This document shows, piece by piece, positions 16,228-24,049 of a DNA stretch of 32,000 nt. The notes beneath the pieces are model-generated. The model was not told the origin of the DNA. It did not search any database and saw nothing but the letters and a program-made list of their open reading frames with translations. Within the stretch, counting starts at the first letter, position 1. The number at the start of each line of letters is the position of its first letter. A program made the position numbers and the translations under genes. The DNA comes from Gemmata obscuriglobus (GTDB lineage Bacteria > Planctomycetota > Planctomycetia > Gemmatales > Gemmataceae): assembly GCF_008065095.1 (NCBI RefSeq), contig NZ_CP042911.1, positions 2,100,001 through 2,132,000 of the forward strand. The letters run 5' to 3'.

Positions 16228-16845
16228 CTAGGCGATAATCTTGTAGCAGGTTCGTTTCCAGTAGGAACCCAAGTCAACGAATTCGTCGGGAACGTACTCC
16301 AACTCCGGGTTCCCCAGGTTCTCCTTGAAGCCGTAAACGACGACGTATTTCCCCATACGTCGCACGGCCTTAATGACGGGAAGATAGTCGGCGTCAGACG
16401 TGAACAAGCCAACTATCTGGTAGTTGTCCAGTACGGCGTCTTCAATCATCCGAACGGCGAGAGCTATATCTGCCCCTTTCGGCTTCTCGATGACTCCTGC
16501 GTCGTTCGCCTTCGACCGTCGCCGATCCCTCAACCCTTTGTCTTCCTTGATGATGTACGGCTCGAAATGTAACGACCTGAGATAAACGTGGGCATCGTGT
16601 AGTACGTTGTCGTTTCCAGTGAAGGCGGTGAAGTAGACCTTTCTGTCGGGGTGAAGGTTGTTAAGGTATTCCGAATCCCAAAAAAAGTGGCAGTCGTCTC
16701 GAACCTTCACGTCCTGGCCTTGCGAGTTGCCAACCCGCTGAACCTTACCCAACGTCGTGAAGCCATCGAGTTTCTTGGCTTTGCCTTCGTTGCGGATGTA
16801 GTGGCTTTCGCCGTCAACGTAGACGTAGAATTTCTTTCCCATCAT
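16228..16845 (-). CDS. NYN/LabA-like (PIN-like) ribonuclease domain protein
   Basis: 'KKFYVYVDGESHY' and 'KGADIALAVRMIEDAVLDNYQIVGLFTSDADYLPVIKAVRRMGKYVVVYGF' match the NYN/LabA layout (DG.. then KGaDiaL..D.. then SgDsDf.P....GK.V). I place the start at the ATG at 16845, which overlaps the stop of the upstream gene (ATGA at 16845-16842). The longer track ORF has a junk N-terminus. Confidence 0.85.
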   Translation of the reverse strand: MMGKKFYVYVDGESHYIRNEGKAKKLDGFTTLGKVQRVGNSQGQDVKVRDDCHFFWDSEYLNNLHPDRKVYFTAFTGNDNVLHDAHVYLRSLHFEPYIIKEDKGLRDRRRSKANDAGVIEKPKGADIALAVRMIEDAVLDNYQIVGLFTSDADYLPVIKAVRRMGKYVVVYGFKENLGNPELEYVPDEFVDLGSYWKRTCYKIIA

Positions 16846-17516
16846 GAGCATGTGTTTACCCCAGCGGTTTCGGTTTGTTCCTGCGTTTGGTCCATGCATT
16901 GCTTGTCGGAAACTTCTGGGAACACCCTTGTGACGTTCTTGCCGTCGATGTTCACAACGGCGATGTTCGACATTGATCGGCTTGCGAACTCCGGGGCGTA
17001 GACACTGTGCCAGAATTGCCGAGGATTCGCTGCCCATTCCTTCCTTCTGTCCTTGAAGTTGTGGTTGTAGCTTCCTTTGCCCACCCATCGGCATTCCCAC
17101 CAACTCGATTCTTGCGGCAAGGTTGTGATGATGACGTAGGGCACGGTGCTGCCCATGTGGTCCCGCCAGTCGATGTAGCCGTCCACGTCCTTTTCGATGA
17201 CCCGGTAGTCAGACGAATTCGGGCTTTCGTAGTCCAAGATGAACATCGGCAGAAGGCTGTCCGTGTAGCCGATCACGTCCGGCTTGAACTTGACCCCAGC
17301 GCCTTCGTTCAGGGCCACGTCCAACCCGACATGCGACACACCTTCTACCCCCCAGGCGAACCGGGCCAGCAAGCCGAACACAATCGGATGCGTAAGCGCC
17401 TTCCCGGTGGCCGTGTACTCGAACGAATTGAAGAAGCCTTCGGGCAGGGGCGCAATCCCATCTTTCAGGAATTGCGCAAGCCGACCGGCCAGGTCTTCGA
17501 CGGCAAGAATCGTCAC
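16842..17516 (-). CDS. Hypothetical protein (224 aa as annotated; probably longer, see the next feature), weak PD-(D/E)xK-like signature
   Basis: GTG start at 17516 preceded by GGGGA. 'KFKPDVIGYTDSLLPMFILDYESPNSSDYRVIEKDV' loosely resembles a restriction-endonuclease-fold core, with low confidence. It is translationally coupled to the NYN gene. Confidence 0.7.
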   Translation of the reverse strand: MTILAVEDLAGRLAQFLKDGIAPLPEGFFNSFEYTATGKALTHPIVFGLLARFAWGVEGVSHVGLDVALNEGAGVKFKPDVIGYTDSLLPMFILDYESPNSSDYRVIEKDVDGYIDWRDHMGSTVPYVIITTLPQESSWWECRWVGKGSYNHNFKDRRKEWAANPRQFWHSVYAPEFASRSMSNIAVVNIDGKNVTRVFPEVSDKQCMDQTQEQTETAGVNTCS

Positions 17517-17700
17517 GGTCGTTCCCCTGAGTCCCGGCAGCCCACAAGCACTCTACTGAGACTCCAGACAGTTCTCCTTCCAGGACGATGTGCGTCGGGG
17601 ACGAGTCCATCCGGTCGTCTTCAAACAGGGTGACGTGAAGTTGCCCCCTCTTGCCACAACTGACGAGGAGCAGAAAGTGAACAGGACGGTACTCAGGCAT
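17517..17700 (-). other. Upstream reading frame, coupled to the preceding gene, that would fuse to the 224-aa ORF after a 1-nt change
   Basis: The ATG at 17700 overlaps the stop of the 263-aa gene (ATGCCTGA). It reads MPEYRPVHFLLLVSCGKRGQLHVTLFEDDRMDSSPTHIVLEGELSGVSVECLWAAGTQG and then becomes Arg-rich junk. Removing one C from the C4 run at 17524-17527 gives ...TQGTTVTILAVEDLAG..., in frame with 16842-17516. Confidence 0.4.
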
Positions 17701-18484
17701 TCACTTTCAGTTTCGCCATCAGTTCGTCAACGCTTTCCCAACTTTGGTTTCTGGGGTGGTCCTTCAAGTACAGCGTTGGTGTCTGCCAGAGGAAGGTGAG
17801 TTCCGGGTTTGCGACGAGGTAGACGGAGTGTCGCCCGAACAGCGGGTTGAAGAACTCGATGTCCTTCTTCCAGTTGTCGTCCCTGGCCGTCTCGTGATGG
17901 CTGTGGCCGATCATCGGCGGGTGGTAGTGGTCGGCGTCGAAAGTATCGGCGCACGACGAAGCGGAATTCGGTTGGAACGCATCGCCTAGCCGGTTGCGGC
18001 GGGTCGTCTTCGCCAGTCGGAGATCGGCGGGAAGTGCGTTCCAGAGAGCGGCAGCAGTCCGGTGAACTTGTTCGACTTGAGCAAGGTAGAACAGCCACGT
18101 CCGGCCACACAGCCGGGGGCTGGTGAAGCCCGCCAACCAGGAGCCGTTCCAGTCGCCGGGGTTCTTCTTCTCCGCTCGAATTTGGTGGGCACAAGTACAG
18201 AGCGTCAGACAACCGCCCTGGAAGTTCGGCCCCGATCCGTACTGTTGGTGCTGGCCCCGGTCGTCGGGGTGGACCGAAATCATTTTGTACGAACGAACCG
18301 TCCCCAGAACCCCGCCGATGCGGTCGTTCAGGCCGGGCTTCCGAAGGTCCAGATTTCTGAACAACTCGCCTTCGGTCGGGAACGGCTGGACCGCCTGGGC
18401 GTCCGGCACGCACGACTGGCGTTCGCCGCAAATGGGCTTCTTGGCCGGGGGACAAACCCGCTTCGGAGGTACAGCACCAGTCAT
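17693..18484 (-). CDS. Hypothetical Cys/His-rich protein (263 aa), family not recognised
   Basis: The ATG is preceded by GAGGGGG. Conspicuous motifs are 'QQYGSGPNFQGGCLTLCTCAHQIRAEKK' and 'DADHYHPPMIGHSHHETARDDNW'. It is the first gene of the coupled operon. Confidence 0.75.
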   Translation of the reverse strand: MTGAVPPKRVCPPAKKPICGERQSCVPDAQAVQPFPTEGELFRNLDLRKPGLNDRIGGVLGTVRSYKMISVHPDDRGQHQQYGSGPNFQGGCLTLCTCAHQIRAEKKNPGDWNGSWLAGFTSPRLCGRTWLFYLAQVEQVHRTAAALWNALPADLRLAKTTRRNRLGDAFQPNSASSCADTFDADHYHPPMIGHSHHETARDDNWKKDIEFFNPLFGRHSVYLVANPELTFLWQTPTLYLKDHPRNQSWESVDELMAKLKVNA

Positions 18485-18535
18485 CGGTTTCCCCCTCTTG
18501 TCGGGTCTTTTCTTCAGGCCGGATATTACCAGAAA

Positions 18536-18823
18536 ATGAACTTAAACACCAGGGTCGCATCCCCACCTCGGAACGTATTCGACGGCGTGATGTACTTTGA
18601 CGGCCGGACCCGGATCGTCACACCCCTGGAGAGGTTTAGCCCTTGCACGCTGGAGGCGTGGGTGTGGCCCGAGGAGTACACGACCACCGGCACTCAGGCG
18701 GTGAGCGGCGACCGCCGCCCCGCCCACGACGGACGAGATCGAGAGTATGCAGGCGACTGCGCCGGGTTACGGCATCCAGATGTTCATGCCGGGACATTGA
18801 CCGGCAAAGCCGCTGGGCTGTAA
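18536..18823 (+). pseudogene. LamG/concanavalin-like domain gene fragment
   Basis: 'VFDGVMYFDGRTRIVTPLERFSPCTLEAWVWPEEYTTTGTQAVSG' matches the start of LamG_3-type domains ('l.FDG.ddyv.vp......ftlEaWvkp'). The frame degenerates into Arg/Asp/Gly junk after about 50 aa. Confidence 0.35.
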
Positions 18824-19010
18824 ACGCCCCGGCCGGGGTTCGTGGAAGAGGGCCATCACAACCGGAACTGTCACTTCCAGAGAAGGCGGGCTTGGTACGG
18901 CGCTGCGGACTGGAAACAGGTGCGTGACTGCGACCTGAACCGAGCGTTCCCCGAAGCCCGGACGACCTGTTAAACTGAAACGTCCGACCAAGCTTTATCG
19001 GAGTGCTGAC

Positions 19011-19217
19011 ATGGAAAACACCCCCGACGACTTCACAGAACTGGCCAGAAAGCTGAACCGGGAACGGGCAATTGATGCCCCATTCCCCGATGACGCCGAA
19101 CTGCTGGAGTTCCTTCTACGCAACGGTTACCCGGACAAGGACACAGCCGAAGAAGTGCTTGACCAGTTCCAGCACGGGTTCACGCTGGTCTACCGCCCGA
19201 TGCCACCAAAACCCTAA
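19011..19217 (+). CDS. Hypothetical small acidic protein (68 aa)
   Basis: GGAG lies 9 nt before the ATG. The sequence is protein-like: MENTPDDFTELARKLNRERAIDAPFPDDAELLEFLLRNGYPDKDTAEEVLDQFQHGFTLVYRP. Confidence 0.5.
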   Translation: MENTPDDFTELARKLNRERAIDAPFPDDAELLEFLLRNGYPDKDTAEEVLDQFQHGFTLVYRPMPPKP

Positions 19218-19261
19218 AATCCCAGCACTGTTGACAATCTTTCACAAGTGTCTAGTCCCTG

Positions 19262-20083
19262 GTGATGGTGTGTGCAATCTGCGGCGGGATCGTGTTGCGG
19301 CGTCGGGTGATCCTGGCGAACGTACTCGCGTTCGCGTGGCTGGTGGTGATCGCGCTGAACCCCACCGACCCGTTCACCGCCGGCTGTCAGTTGTCGTTCC
19401 TGTGCGTGTTCGTGCTTCTCTTCGGTGCGGCGCGATGGCTCAAGCCGCGCGACCTCACGCCCATCGAACAACTCATTGATGAGACCCGCGGGCCGACCGA
19501 GAAGGCCGCCCGCGCGGCGCTGCGGTGGGCGTGGAACCTGTTCGCGGTGGGGTTCATCCTGACGGCGGTGAACGTGCCGCTGGTGCTGGCGTGGCAGAAC
19601 GTCGCCTCGCCGGTCGCCGTCCTCATCGGGCCGCCGCTGGTCGTGCTGACCGGTGTTGCGCTCATTGCCGGTTTTGTGCTCCTGGTGCTGTCGCCGCTGG
19701 CCGTGTGGGCCGCGTGGCCGTTCGCGCGCGTGACGGAAGCGTGTCTGGCGGGGTGCGAGTGGATCGTTCACCTGGCGGACCGCGTTCCGGGCGGCCACGT
19801 GTACGCCCCCGGGCCGCCGATGTGGTGGCTCGTCGGGTTCTACGTACTCGTCGCGGGGCTGGTGCTGCTCGACGGGCGCCGCTCGCGGCACCTCTTCGTC
19901 GCCCTCGTCGTGTTCTCGACCTTCGGCGCGGCTCTCGGGCTGTCGCCGCACACGTCCGACGAGATGCGGGTGACGTTCCTGGCGGTGGGTCACGGCGGGT
20001 GCGTGCAGTCGCCGTCACTTTTGGCAACTGCTGGGCATTATCGGGAGTGTCGGGAAAAATGCAATCGGAGCAGCGGGGCTTAA
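19262..20083 (+). pseudogene. comEC: Internal fragment of comEC/rec2 (DNA internalisation channel), truncated at both ends
   Basis: It contains the polytopic Competence-domain sequence 'LNPTDPFTAGCQLSFLCVFVLLFG...'. It ends in 'MRVTFLAVGHGGC', the first strand of the ComEC metallo-beta-lactamase domain ('vtflDVGqGda'). Homology stops around 19995-20030 and GC drops there. The N-terminal DUF4131 part and the rest of the lactamase domain are absent. Confidence 0.8.
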
Positions 20084-20127
20084 GTAAAATGGGGGTACGT
20101 AAGGCAGTGAACGAAAGGGGGCTACAC

Positions 20128-20313
20128 ATGACACGGGCTACGCACGAACTGGTATCGGCTGCGGTGGACCACGGGGACGGCAGCGAGCTTGTGCTGAATT
20201 TGGTTTTTAAGAATGCTGCTACGGGCGAACGGGTCTTTGTCGGACTAAAGACCACCGACCCGGCACTAGAGGCGATCGAAGGGGCGATCAACGAAGTGCG
20301 AGAGGCGGAGTGA
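20128..20313 (+). CDS. Hypothetical small protein (61 aa)
   Basis: AAAGGGGG lies before the ATG at 20128. The peptide is MTRATHELVSAAVDHGDGSELVLNLVFKNAATGERVFVGLKTTDPALEAIEGAINEVREAE. Confidence 0.45.
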   Translation: MTRATHELVSAAVDHGDGSELVLNLVFKNAATGERVFVGLKTTDPALEAIEGAINEVREAE

Positions 20314-20428
20314 ACGAAACACACTGCCAGTGCTGGAGGTGCTGGTGGAATGCTGCGAAGGAAAAAGATCGAGTAGCGTTCCACGCATTCGCCGGGCAAC
20401 TTCTGGTTGCGACAACAGCCGAATAACG

Positions 20429-20914
20429 ATGTCGATAAGAAGTGAGAAACGCCCAATGATCCAGATGCCAGAACTGACGCCCGGCCAAACATACTGCCGA
20501 GAAGAGGTTAAAAGGTATATCGCACTGCAAGGGGACGGTGGGGCCGACGATTACTTTCACGCCAGGAATAAGTTCCCACGCAAGAAAGATAAACCGGATA
20601 TGCATGATATTACCAGGATGAAATTGGGTCTCGGGCGGAGCGTCGTGATGGAGTATCAAGAGTTCCCACTAGAGCGGTACAGGACTTGGTTAAATGGCAG
20701 GCTGAAAAAGTTCAGTTCGAGTGACGATCTCAAACGCATCAAGACGATTCGGGGGCTGCTTGAGTCTGGTTCGCCCGCCTTCCCGATTTGGGAAGACAAG
20801 CATTTGGCAGAACTCGACCCGCCCCCGGTGCTTGAAGGCAACCACCGCCTGCTTGCGTTCTTTGAACTTGATATGCCAACCGTGCCCGTGTTCTTGATGA
20901 AGTATGAAGAGTGA
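20429..20914 (+). CDS. ParB N-terminal (ParB/Srx-like) domain protein, putative
   Basis: The C-terminal 'PPVLEGNHRLLAFFELDMPTVPVFLMKY' resembles the ParB-like 'dG.HR..Aa.elg...vPv' core. The start is uncertain: ATGs lie at 20429, 20456 and 20465. Confidence 0.55.
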   Translation: MSIRSEKRPMIQMPELTPGQTYCREEVKRYIALQGDGGADDYFHARNKFPRKKDKPDMHDITRMKLGLGRSVVMEYQEFPLERYRTWLNGRLKKFSSSDDLKRIKTIRGLLESGSPAFPIWEDKHLAELDPPPVLEGNHRLLAFFELDMPTVPVFLMKYEE

Positions 20915-20933
20915 TCGCCCGCACTGACGCCGT

Positions 20934-20945
20934 CCCCCCCCCCCC
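20934..20945 (+). repeat. Homopolymeric C12 tract in an intergenic position
   Basis: cgtCCCCCCCCCCCCag lies between the ParB-like stop (20914) and the next ORF (20989). Confidence 0.9.
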
Positions 20946-20988
20946 AGCAGCATAAAATATCTTGTCGGCAACAATATGGGGGTTTGAA

Positions 20989-21204
20989 ATGAACGGAAAG
21001 CAGCAAAGAAGAGTCAGGGCAATTGTGCAGGTGAAAGGTAAAAAGTGTCCGGGTTACTGCCCCGTTCACCCACAAAGCCGCTGTAGTCTTGGAGCCCCAC
21101 ACCCGGGCATGGGCCACCGGTGTGACGGCTGCGGGATGAGGCAGCAAGTTCCCGCCTGTGTCTCTGTGGCCCACACGACTGGGCAAAAACCGGGCTGGGA
21201 GTGA
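20989..21204 (+). CDS. Cys-rich small protein (71 aa), possible zinc binder
   Basis: GGGGG lies before the ATG. The peptide is MNGKQQRRVRAIVQVKGKKCPGYCPVHPQSRCSLGAPHPGMGHRCDGCGMRQQVPACV... Confidence 0.4.
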   Translation: MNGKQQRRVRAIVQVKGKKCPGYCPVHPQSRCSLGAPHPGMGHRCDGCGMRQQVPACVSVAHTTGQKPGWE

Positions 21205-21289
21205 GTGCGGGATCTTTCGTCAGAAGCGTTCGAATTTAAGTACAATGGATTCCGGTGTCGCCCAACGCTTAATGTTCTGGAGGATTAAA

Positions 21290-21523
21290 ATGGCTCGGAA
21301 AGGCAAAGTGTTTCGAATCAGTCGCATGCATGCAGGAGTTCGGCAGTATGAAAGCTACCACTTTATTCCACTTGGAGATCATGCTGTATGCGTGAATCCA
21401 CAACAAGGGGAGGCGGGCGGGCAAAACTACGATTCGTGGGAGAAGGCAATTAATGAGCTAAGCGGCCGCCATCCAGAAAATGACGGGTGGACGTGGCAAA
21501 TTAGCGATCCACCCATTGAGTAA
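21290..21523 (+). CDS. Hypothetical small protein (77 aa)
   Basis: GGAGGA lies before the ATG at 21290. The peptide begins MARKGKVFRISRMHAGVRQYESYHFIPLGDHAVCVNPQQ... It is followed by a strong terminator. Confidence 0.6.
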   Translation: MARKGKVFRISRMHAGVRQYESYHFIPLGDHAVCVNPQQGEAGGQNYDSWEKAINELSGRHPENDGWTWQISDPPIE

Positions 21524-21540
21524 GAGGGTGACTAGAGGAA

Positions 21541-21581
21541 CCCGACCAGTTTTTCCGGACGTTCCGGAAAAACTGGTCGGG
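21541..21581. terminator. Perfect 19-bp hairpin between convergent genes (bidirectional terminator candidate)
   Basis: CCCGACCAGTTTTTCCGGA-cgt-TCCGGAAAAACTGGTCGGG. Confidence 0.8.
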
Positions 21582-21608
21582 TCTGGTCCCGTCAAACTAA
21601 GTGTCCAA

Positions 21609-21899
21609 TCATGGCCGTTTCGGATCGTGGGCCTTCTCCAGTTCATAACGCAGACAGGCCACCAGGGATTTCACCACGTCGGACTCCGAGACACCGAGGC
21701 CCCACGGCACGCACGCTGCCACGGCACTCGGACCCCATGCCGTCATCGTGATCACCCGCCCCTCGATCATCTGACAACCGGCTTCCTCGATCACCACAGG
21801 GTCAGTGACGTACTGGACGCCAAGGGAGCAGATCGGCACCGGCACCCGGGCGGCGACTTTGCTACGAAGGACGGCCGTGTCGAGCTTCTTCAAGTTCAC
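21609..21899 (-). CDS. Hypothetical protein (96 aa)
   Basis: Its GTG start overlaps the upstream stop (GTGA at 21899-21896). Confidence 0.5.
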   Translation of the reverse strand: MNLKKLDTAVLRSKVAARVPVPICSLGVQYVTDPVVIEEAGCQMIEGRVITMTAWGPSAVAACVPWGLGVSESDVVKSLVACLRYELEKAHDPKRP

Positions 21900-22081
21900 T
21901 TGGCCCCCCTCTCCAACACAGCGGCGGCAAGTCTGCCTTCGAACTCACGGATCAGTTCCCGTTGATTCTGGAGCACTTCCGGAGGTGCAGCTTCCACAAA
22001 CCGAGGGTGCATCTTTGCGTTCAACTTCGCCAGTGTCTCCTCCAACCGGCGGACCTTCTGTTCTGCCGTCTCGATGATCAC
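21896..22081 (-). CDS. Hypothetical coiled-coil protein (61 aa)
   Basis: MIIETAEQKVRRLEETLAKLNAKMHPRFVEAAPPEVLQNQRELIREFEGRLAAAVLERGAK. It is coupled to the next gene. Confidence 0.55.
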   Translation of the reverse strand: MIIETAEQKVRRLEETLAKLNAKMHPRFVEAAPPEVLQNQRELIREFEGRLAAAVLERGAK

Positions 22082-22106
22082 TTGGCCCCCTTTCGGTACT
22101 CAATCG

Positions 22107-22292
22107 CTACCCTTTGCCATTTTGTTTCAGGACCGCCGCTTCGAACGTGTTCACGCCATCGCCGTGATATAGTCCTGATGAACCACCGATCACCGAGACG
22201 CCGTACCCGTTCTCGAAAAGCTCTACGGCCTGGACGCTATCAAATGGGGATGCTGGGTGTTGTCTGAACTGCAAATCGTTGAATGTTATCAT
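22107..22292 (-). CDS. Hypothetical protein (61 aa)
   Basis: ATG at 22292; the sequence is protein-like. Confidence 0.5.
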   Translation of the reverse strand: MITFNDLQFRQHPASPFDSVQAVELFENGYGVSVIGGSSGLYHGDGVNTFEAAVLKQNGKG

Positions 22293-22304
22293 CCCCTAAA
22301 AGAG

Positions 22305-22332
22305 AAAGGCCCCGGCGTTTGCCAGGGCCTTT
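22305..22332. terminator. Hairpin with flanking T/A runs
   Basis: AAAGGCCC-c-GGC-gttt-GCC-a-GGGCCTTT. It is followed by a T run on the plus strand and by a TTTCTCTTTT tract on the minus strand. Confidence 0.6.
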
Positions 22333-22453
22333 TCCGAAATTTGGTAACGATCAACCGGGCGGTGCCGGGGTCTCCTCTAGTGTGTCCCGAATCGGGTGCG
22401 TCCAACCGATGAACTCATATTGGTCGTAAAACAGGAGCATGATGTAAAAGGCG

Positions 22454-22747
22454 TTATGATTTTTTTTCCTCGATGCAGTACTTGTACCGGAAGACCTGCG
22501 GACCAATGGACACCACCGGCATCGTAAGTAAAAGTTCGACAAGCTCATTTAACAGGGTCCGGGACTTGTCGGAAGTTGCTTTGCCCACCTTCGGCAACAA
22601 GTGCCGGAACACTGTGTGATCCTTCGGGAGCGGCTGACCGGTGTGCTTGAAGAACAGTCCCCTGATCGTCTTTTCCACTGTGTTCAGAATGCGGCCGTAG
22701 TCGATACCAATCGTGGTGTGTTTGCCGAGGTACACCCCGCCCTCCAA
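22454..22747 (-). CDS. Hypothetical protein (97 aa, TTG start in the track)
   Basis: No ATG is available; the TTG is at 22747. The sequence is protein-like (GIDYGRILNTVEKTIRGLFFKHTGQPLPKDHTVFRHLLPKVG...). Confidence 0.45.
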   Translation of the reverse strand: MEGGVYLGKHTTIGIDYGRILNTVEKTIRGLFFKHTGQPLPKDHTVFRHLLPKVGKATSDKSRTLLNELVELLLTMPVVSIGPQVFRYKYCIEEKKS

Positions 22748-22760
22748 GCATACAGTTCGG

Positions 22761-22967
22761 TCAGTCCGAGGACTGAGCCAGCTTAATGACCTTTGGCTTG
22801 CCGATGGCGGTGCCGGAGAACATTATGTCACGGGAGTCACCGTCATAAAGGGAGATGCCGAAAGCCACATTTAGGCGAATCAAGACGCCGGTGTCCGGCT
22901 GACGGACGTAGAGGACGCCACGGTCTGGGTAGGTCTCGGCATCGAAAGGATCGGGGGTCAGTTTCAC
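22761..22967 (-). CDS. Hypothetical protein (68 aa)
   Basis: MKLTPDPFDAETYPDRGVLYVRQPDTGVLIRLNVAFGISLYDGDSRDIMFSGTAIGKPKV... Its start overlaps the upstream stop. Confidence 0.45.
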   Translation of the reverse strand: MKLTPDPFDAETYPDRGVLYVRQPDTGVLIRLNVAFGISLYDGDSRDIMFSGTAIGKPKVIKLAQSSD

Positions 22968-23437
22968 GCTTCTCCGTTCGGGTTAAGTTCGATCACGTCG
23001 TCCTCGTCGTCGTTCACGGCGGACAGCTTTTGTCGCATTCGGTGGAGTGCGGCCAGGTCGGTCGTGTCCAGGTTCAAAGCGACGGGCGGGGTCGATTGCG
23101 TCACGTCCATCTCGATGTGTTCTTTCGGTCGGCCGAGGTAGTACGAGTACAGCAACTCGATCAGACCTTTGGCGTCTTTTGGAGCGGCTTCGGCGATTAG
23201 CTGGAGGTGCCGTTCGACGACATCACGGAAACGGTCGGTGCCCACGGTTTCACGGAACTGACGCTGGAGCGAATGCTGGGTTGCGGCGGCGGGGTTCCTC
23301 ACGCCTTTGCTGAGCTTCGAACCGGGCAACAATCGGCCTTGTTCGTCCCGGATGACCAGCGGCTTTTCGTCTTTGCTCTCGTCCATGTTGGGTATGTACT
23401 GTTCCACTCGGCCTTTTTGATGCTGGCACTTTTTCAC
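22964..23437 (-). CDS. Hypothetical protein; the true start may be the ATG at 23386
   Basis: 'DEQGRLLPGSKLSKGVRNPAAAT' loosely resembles the Gly/Pro-rich N-terminal motif of some small phage DNA-binding or small-terminase-like proteins. The C-terminus is acidic. Confidence 0.55.
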   Translation of the reverse strand: MKKCQHQKGRVEQYIPNMDESKDEKPLVIRDEQGRLLPGSKLSKGVRNPAAATQHSLQRQFRETVGTDRFRDVVERHLQLIAEAAPKDAKGLIELLYSYYLGRPKEHIEMDVTQSTPPVALNLDTTDLAALHRMRQKLSAVNDDEDDVIELNPNGEA

Positions 23438-23661
23438 CGTTGTACATACTGATCTTGGATGTGCCTGATTGCGGCGGCCTCAAAGTTCACCGGCGTATTC
23501 TTGATGGTGTCGGCCTCGATCTTTTGGACAGCCTGGCCCACGTTCGCCAGGAGTTTGACCAGCGTGTGTATTTGGTCAGCCAGGGCCAGGGTTGCGGCCG
23601 TCTGCCGATCCGTCTGGTGATCGTGAAGAATCTGTTGGTACGTTTGGATCGGGGTTTTCAT
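23434..23661 (-). CDS. Hypothetical protein (75 aa)
   Basis: GAGGAAG lies before the ATG at 23661. Its stop overlaps the next start. Confidence 0.55.
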   Translation of the reverse strand: MKTPIQTYQQILHDHQTDRQTAATLALADQIHTLVKLLANVGQAVQKIEADTIKNTPVNFEAAAIRHIQDQYVQR

Positions 23662-24049
23662 CTTCCTCGTATGGTCGGGCTACTGTTTGGATGGTCGGCG
23701 TGTGGATCAGTGCCGTGTACAGGATGTTGCCGATGTCATCGAGTATTTCCCGGATGTCGGAGAGCACCTCGCACTGGACCAGCGTGGCCAGCGTGTGGTT
23801 GTCGAGTCCGAGGTGCTGCTGCTGCACGAATCGGGAGTACGGCGGCGGGTAGTATTTTGCCATGTACTGAAAGAGTACGGCCGGTACGAAATGGAGTGGG
23901 CCACGGGCGGATAACACTTCCGCTCCGTGACCCGCATCGGTGGGACACCAGCAATTCCCGGCAAGTGGAATTCGGCTTGAAAAGCTCGAATTTGTAGTCT
24001 TTTCAGGCTGTTCCGGCATCTCAAGTCGGCCATACAGCCCGGTTAGCAT
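23576..24049 (-). CDS. Hypothetical protein; alternative start at 23863
   Basis: The C-terminal two thirds are protein-like (MAKYYPPPYSRFVQQQHLGLDNHTLATLVQCEVLSDIREILDDIGNILYTALIH...). The first ~60 aa are doubtful, and the 3' end overlaps the next ORF by 86 nt. Confidence 0.45.
   Translation of the reverse strand: MLTGLYGRLEMPEQPEKTTNSSFSSRIPLAGNCWCPTDAGHGAEVLSARGPLHFVPAVLFQYMAKYYPPPYSRFVQQQHLGLDNHTLATLVQCEVLSDIREILDDIGNILYTALIHTPTIQTVARPYEEDENPDPNVPTDSSRSPDGSADGRNPGPG

Noticed and set aside
19222-20037. Imperfect inverted repeat (CCCAGCACTGTTG / CAACTGCTGGG) flanking the comEC fragment
   Set aside because: Only 11 of 13 positions match, with a 2-nt indel, so it is not significant on its own.
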